A stretch of DNA of 64,000 bases, from assembly GCA_030390025.1 (NCBI GenBank), contig CM059431.1, positions 101,620,001-101,684,000 of the forward strand, given 5' to 3'. The DNA comes from Squalus acanthias. Lineage: Eukaryota. The notes under the pieces were generated by a model. That model did no database searches. It had not been told where the DNA came from and saw only the letters and a program-made list of their open reading frames with translations. Shown here in pieces: positions 61,790-64,000 of this stretch. The position numbers were made by a program, and so were the translations under genes. Position 1 is the stretch's first letter, and every line of letters starts with the position of its first letter.

Positions 61790-63490
61790 TCCAATTCTGG
61801 CCTCTTGAGCATCCCTGATTTCCATCGCTCCACCATTAGCGGCCGTGCCTTCAGCTGCCTGGGCCCTAAGCTCTGGAATTCCCTCCCTAAACCTCTCCAC
61901 CTCTCTCTCCTCCTTTAAGACGCTCCTTAAAACCTACCTCTTTGACCGAGCTTTTGGTCAGCTGTCCTAATATCTCCTTATGTGGCTCGGTGTCAAATTT
62001 TGTTTGATGATCGCTCCTGTGAAGCGCCGCGGGACGTTTTACTACATTAAAGGCGCTATATAAATAGAAGTGGTTGTTGGAGAGCCATCACATTCCAACA
62101 GAAATGTGCTCAGATTCTGCGTCCAACAAGCTTGATCGTGTCATCAAAAATGTACATTTATTTTCCTTTAAGTTTTCTCCCTTCACTTGCTCTCTTGCCA
62201 GCTTTGATTCCTTGCTGGAGCCATAATTACAGAGGCACTGGTTCCGTCCAGTGTCTGCTTCAAAGAGCCGTTATTTATCCGTGAGGCTTGACAGTAAGTG
62301 TTCGGCAATTTGTCAGTGAGGACAACAACAACAATAACAACTTGCATTTATATAATGCCTTTAAAACATCCCAAGGTGCTTCACAGGAGTGATTATCGAA
62401 CAAAACTTGACACCGAGCCACATAAGGAGAGACTAAAAGCTTGGACAAAGAGGTAGGTTTTAAGAAGAGTCTTAAAGGATCAGGGGAGGTTTCGGGAGGG
62501 AATTCCAGAGCTTGGGGCCTATACAGCTGAAGGCACGGCCGCCGATGGTGGAGCGAAGGAAATCGAATACGTGCAAGAGACCAGAATTGGAGGAGCGCAG
62601 AGATCTCGGGGCCGGGGGGGTGGGGGTGGCGATGGCGGCGGTTTTCGGGCTGGAGGAGGTTACAGAGTGCCAAACCGGGAGCCGATGTAGGTCAGCGAGC
62701 ACAGGGGGTGATGGCTGAACGGGACTTGGTGCGAGATAGGATACGGGCAGCAGAGTTTTGGATGAGCTCAAGTTTACAGAGAGTGTAAGATGGGAGGCCG
62801 GCCAGTTGTGCGTTGGAGTAGTTGAGTCTAGAGGTAACAAATGCATGGATGGGGGTTTCAGCAGCGGATGAGCTGAGGCAGGTGTGGAGACGGGCGATGT
62901 TACGGAGGTGGAAATACAACTGAGACTGATCCCGAACTTCCCTTACACTGCCCGTCCCCCGTCCCCCCCCACATGTACTTTCTCAAACTGGGTCACAGGA
63001 TAGCCGTCAGCATTGGGAACGCTGGCAGATATTTGTCCCCTTTTTAACCCAGAAACAATGAGTAGAATTGCAGTGCCCTGGCCCAGATCGGCTCACTCGA
63101 CACAGAACATAAGAAATAGGAGCAGGAGTCGGCCATTCGGCCCCTCGAGCCTGCTCCGCCATTCAATAAGATCATGGCTGATCTTCTACCTCATCTCCAG
63201 TTTCCTGCACTATCCCCATATCCCTTGATTCCCCATGAGTCCAAAAATCTATCGATCTCAGTCTTGAATATACTCAACGGCTCAGCCTCCACAGCCCTCT
63301 GGGGCAGAGAATTCCGTAGATTCACCACCCTCTGAGTGAAGGAATTCCTCCTCACCTCATCTTAAATGACCGACCCCTTATCCTGAGACTGTGACCCCTG
63401 GTTCTAGACTCTCCAGCCAGGGGAAAACAACCTCTCAGCATCTACCCTGTCATGCCCTTTAAGAATTTTATACATTTCAATGAGATCACC
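61790..63490. mobile_element. L2 (+, ~61790-62080), L2 (-, ~62320-62915) and CR1 (-, ~63103-63490) fragments
   Basis: Family-diagnostic 3' sequences. Confidence 0.82.
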
Positions 63491-63502
63491 TAAACAGAGT
63501 TA

Positions 63503-63829
63503 AAGAAAGAAATACTTGCATTTCTATAGCGCCTTTCACAACCACCGGACATCCTAAAGCGCTTTACGGCCAATGAAGTATTTTTGAAGTGTAGTCACTG
63601 TTGTAATGTAGGAAACGCGGCAGGCAATTTGCGCACAGCAAGCTCCCACAAACAGCAATGTGATAATGACCGGATAATCTGTTTTTGTTATGTTGGTTGA
63701 GGGATAAATATTGGCCCAGGACACCGGGGAGAACTCACCTGCTCTTCTTCGAAATAGTGGCCGTGGGAGCTTTTACATCCGCCCGAGAGGGCAGACGGGG
63801 CCTCGGTTTAACGTCTCATGCGAAAGACG
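63503..63829 (-). mobile_element. 5'-truncated DeuSINE
   Basis: Reverse-strand body and tail. Confidence 0.85.
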
Positions 63830-64000
63830 AATTGAACCTGGAGTTTACCTGCTCTGGGTAGCTCAACTGCACGTTGGCTAGACTCGATCTGCTGACCAAC
63901 TTGCAAAGCGACAATAATATTTAAAAAAGTGACTGCTTCACCTGAATACGGTGACTCATACAATTTTATGCTGCATAAGTTAGTAGTTACATACCATTAT

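Overview
Eukaryotic, repeat-dense genomic DNA, most likely from a shark or other elasmobranch. It carries an HE1-like V-SINE, SacSINE1-like DeuSINEs, and CR1 and L2 LINE fragments. The only host gene is the 5' part of a DOCK9 (Zizimin1)-like gene on the + strand. Three phase-0 coding exons (2901-3038, 26648-26764, 59343-59432) are separated by introns of about 23.6 and 32.6 kb. The introns contain: (i) a 4.1-kb PIF/Harbinger transposon (47911-52013) with TIRs and a 3-bp TSD, holding a frameshifted HARBI1-like transposase and an apparently intact three-exon Myb/SANT partner gene; (ii) a related 876-bp non-autonomous element (30438-31313); (iii) short Penelope-like insertions carrying minimal hammerhead-ribozyme motifs; (iv) five DeuSINE copies in which the same 33-bp hairpin segment has expanded into minisatellites; (v) a 5.9-kb satellite with higher-order structure that joins a CR1 3' end; and (vi) a compact CCAAT/TATA/splice-donor cassette inside a SINE. 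There are no prokaryotic genes and no CRISPR array. The very long ORFs in the ORF track are repeat artefacts. Family names come from recalled motifs, not database searches, and repeat boundaries are approximate unless a TSD is given.
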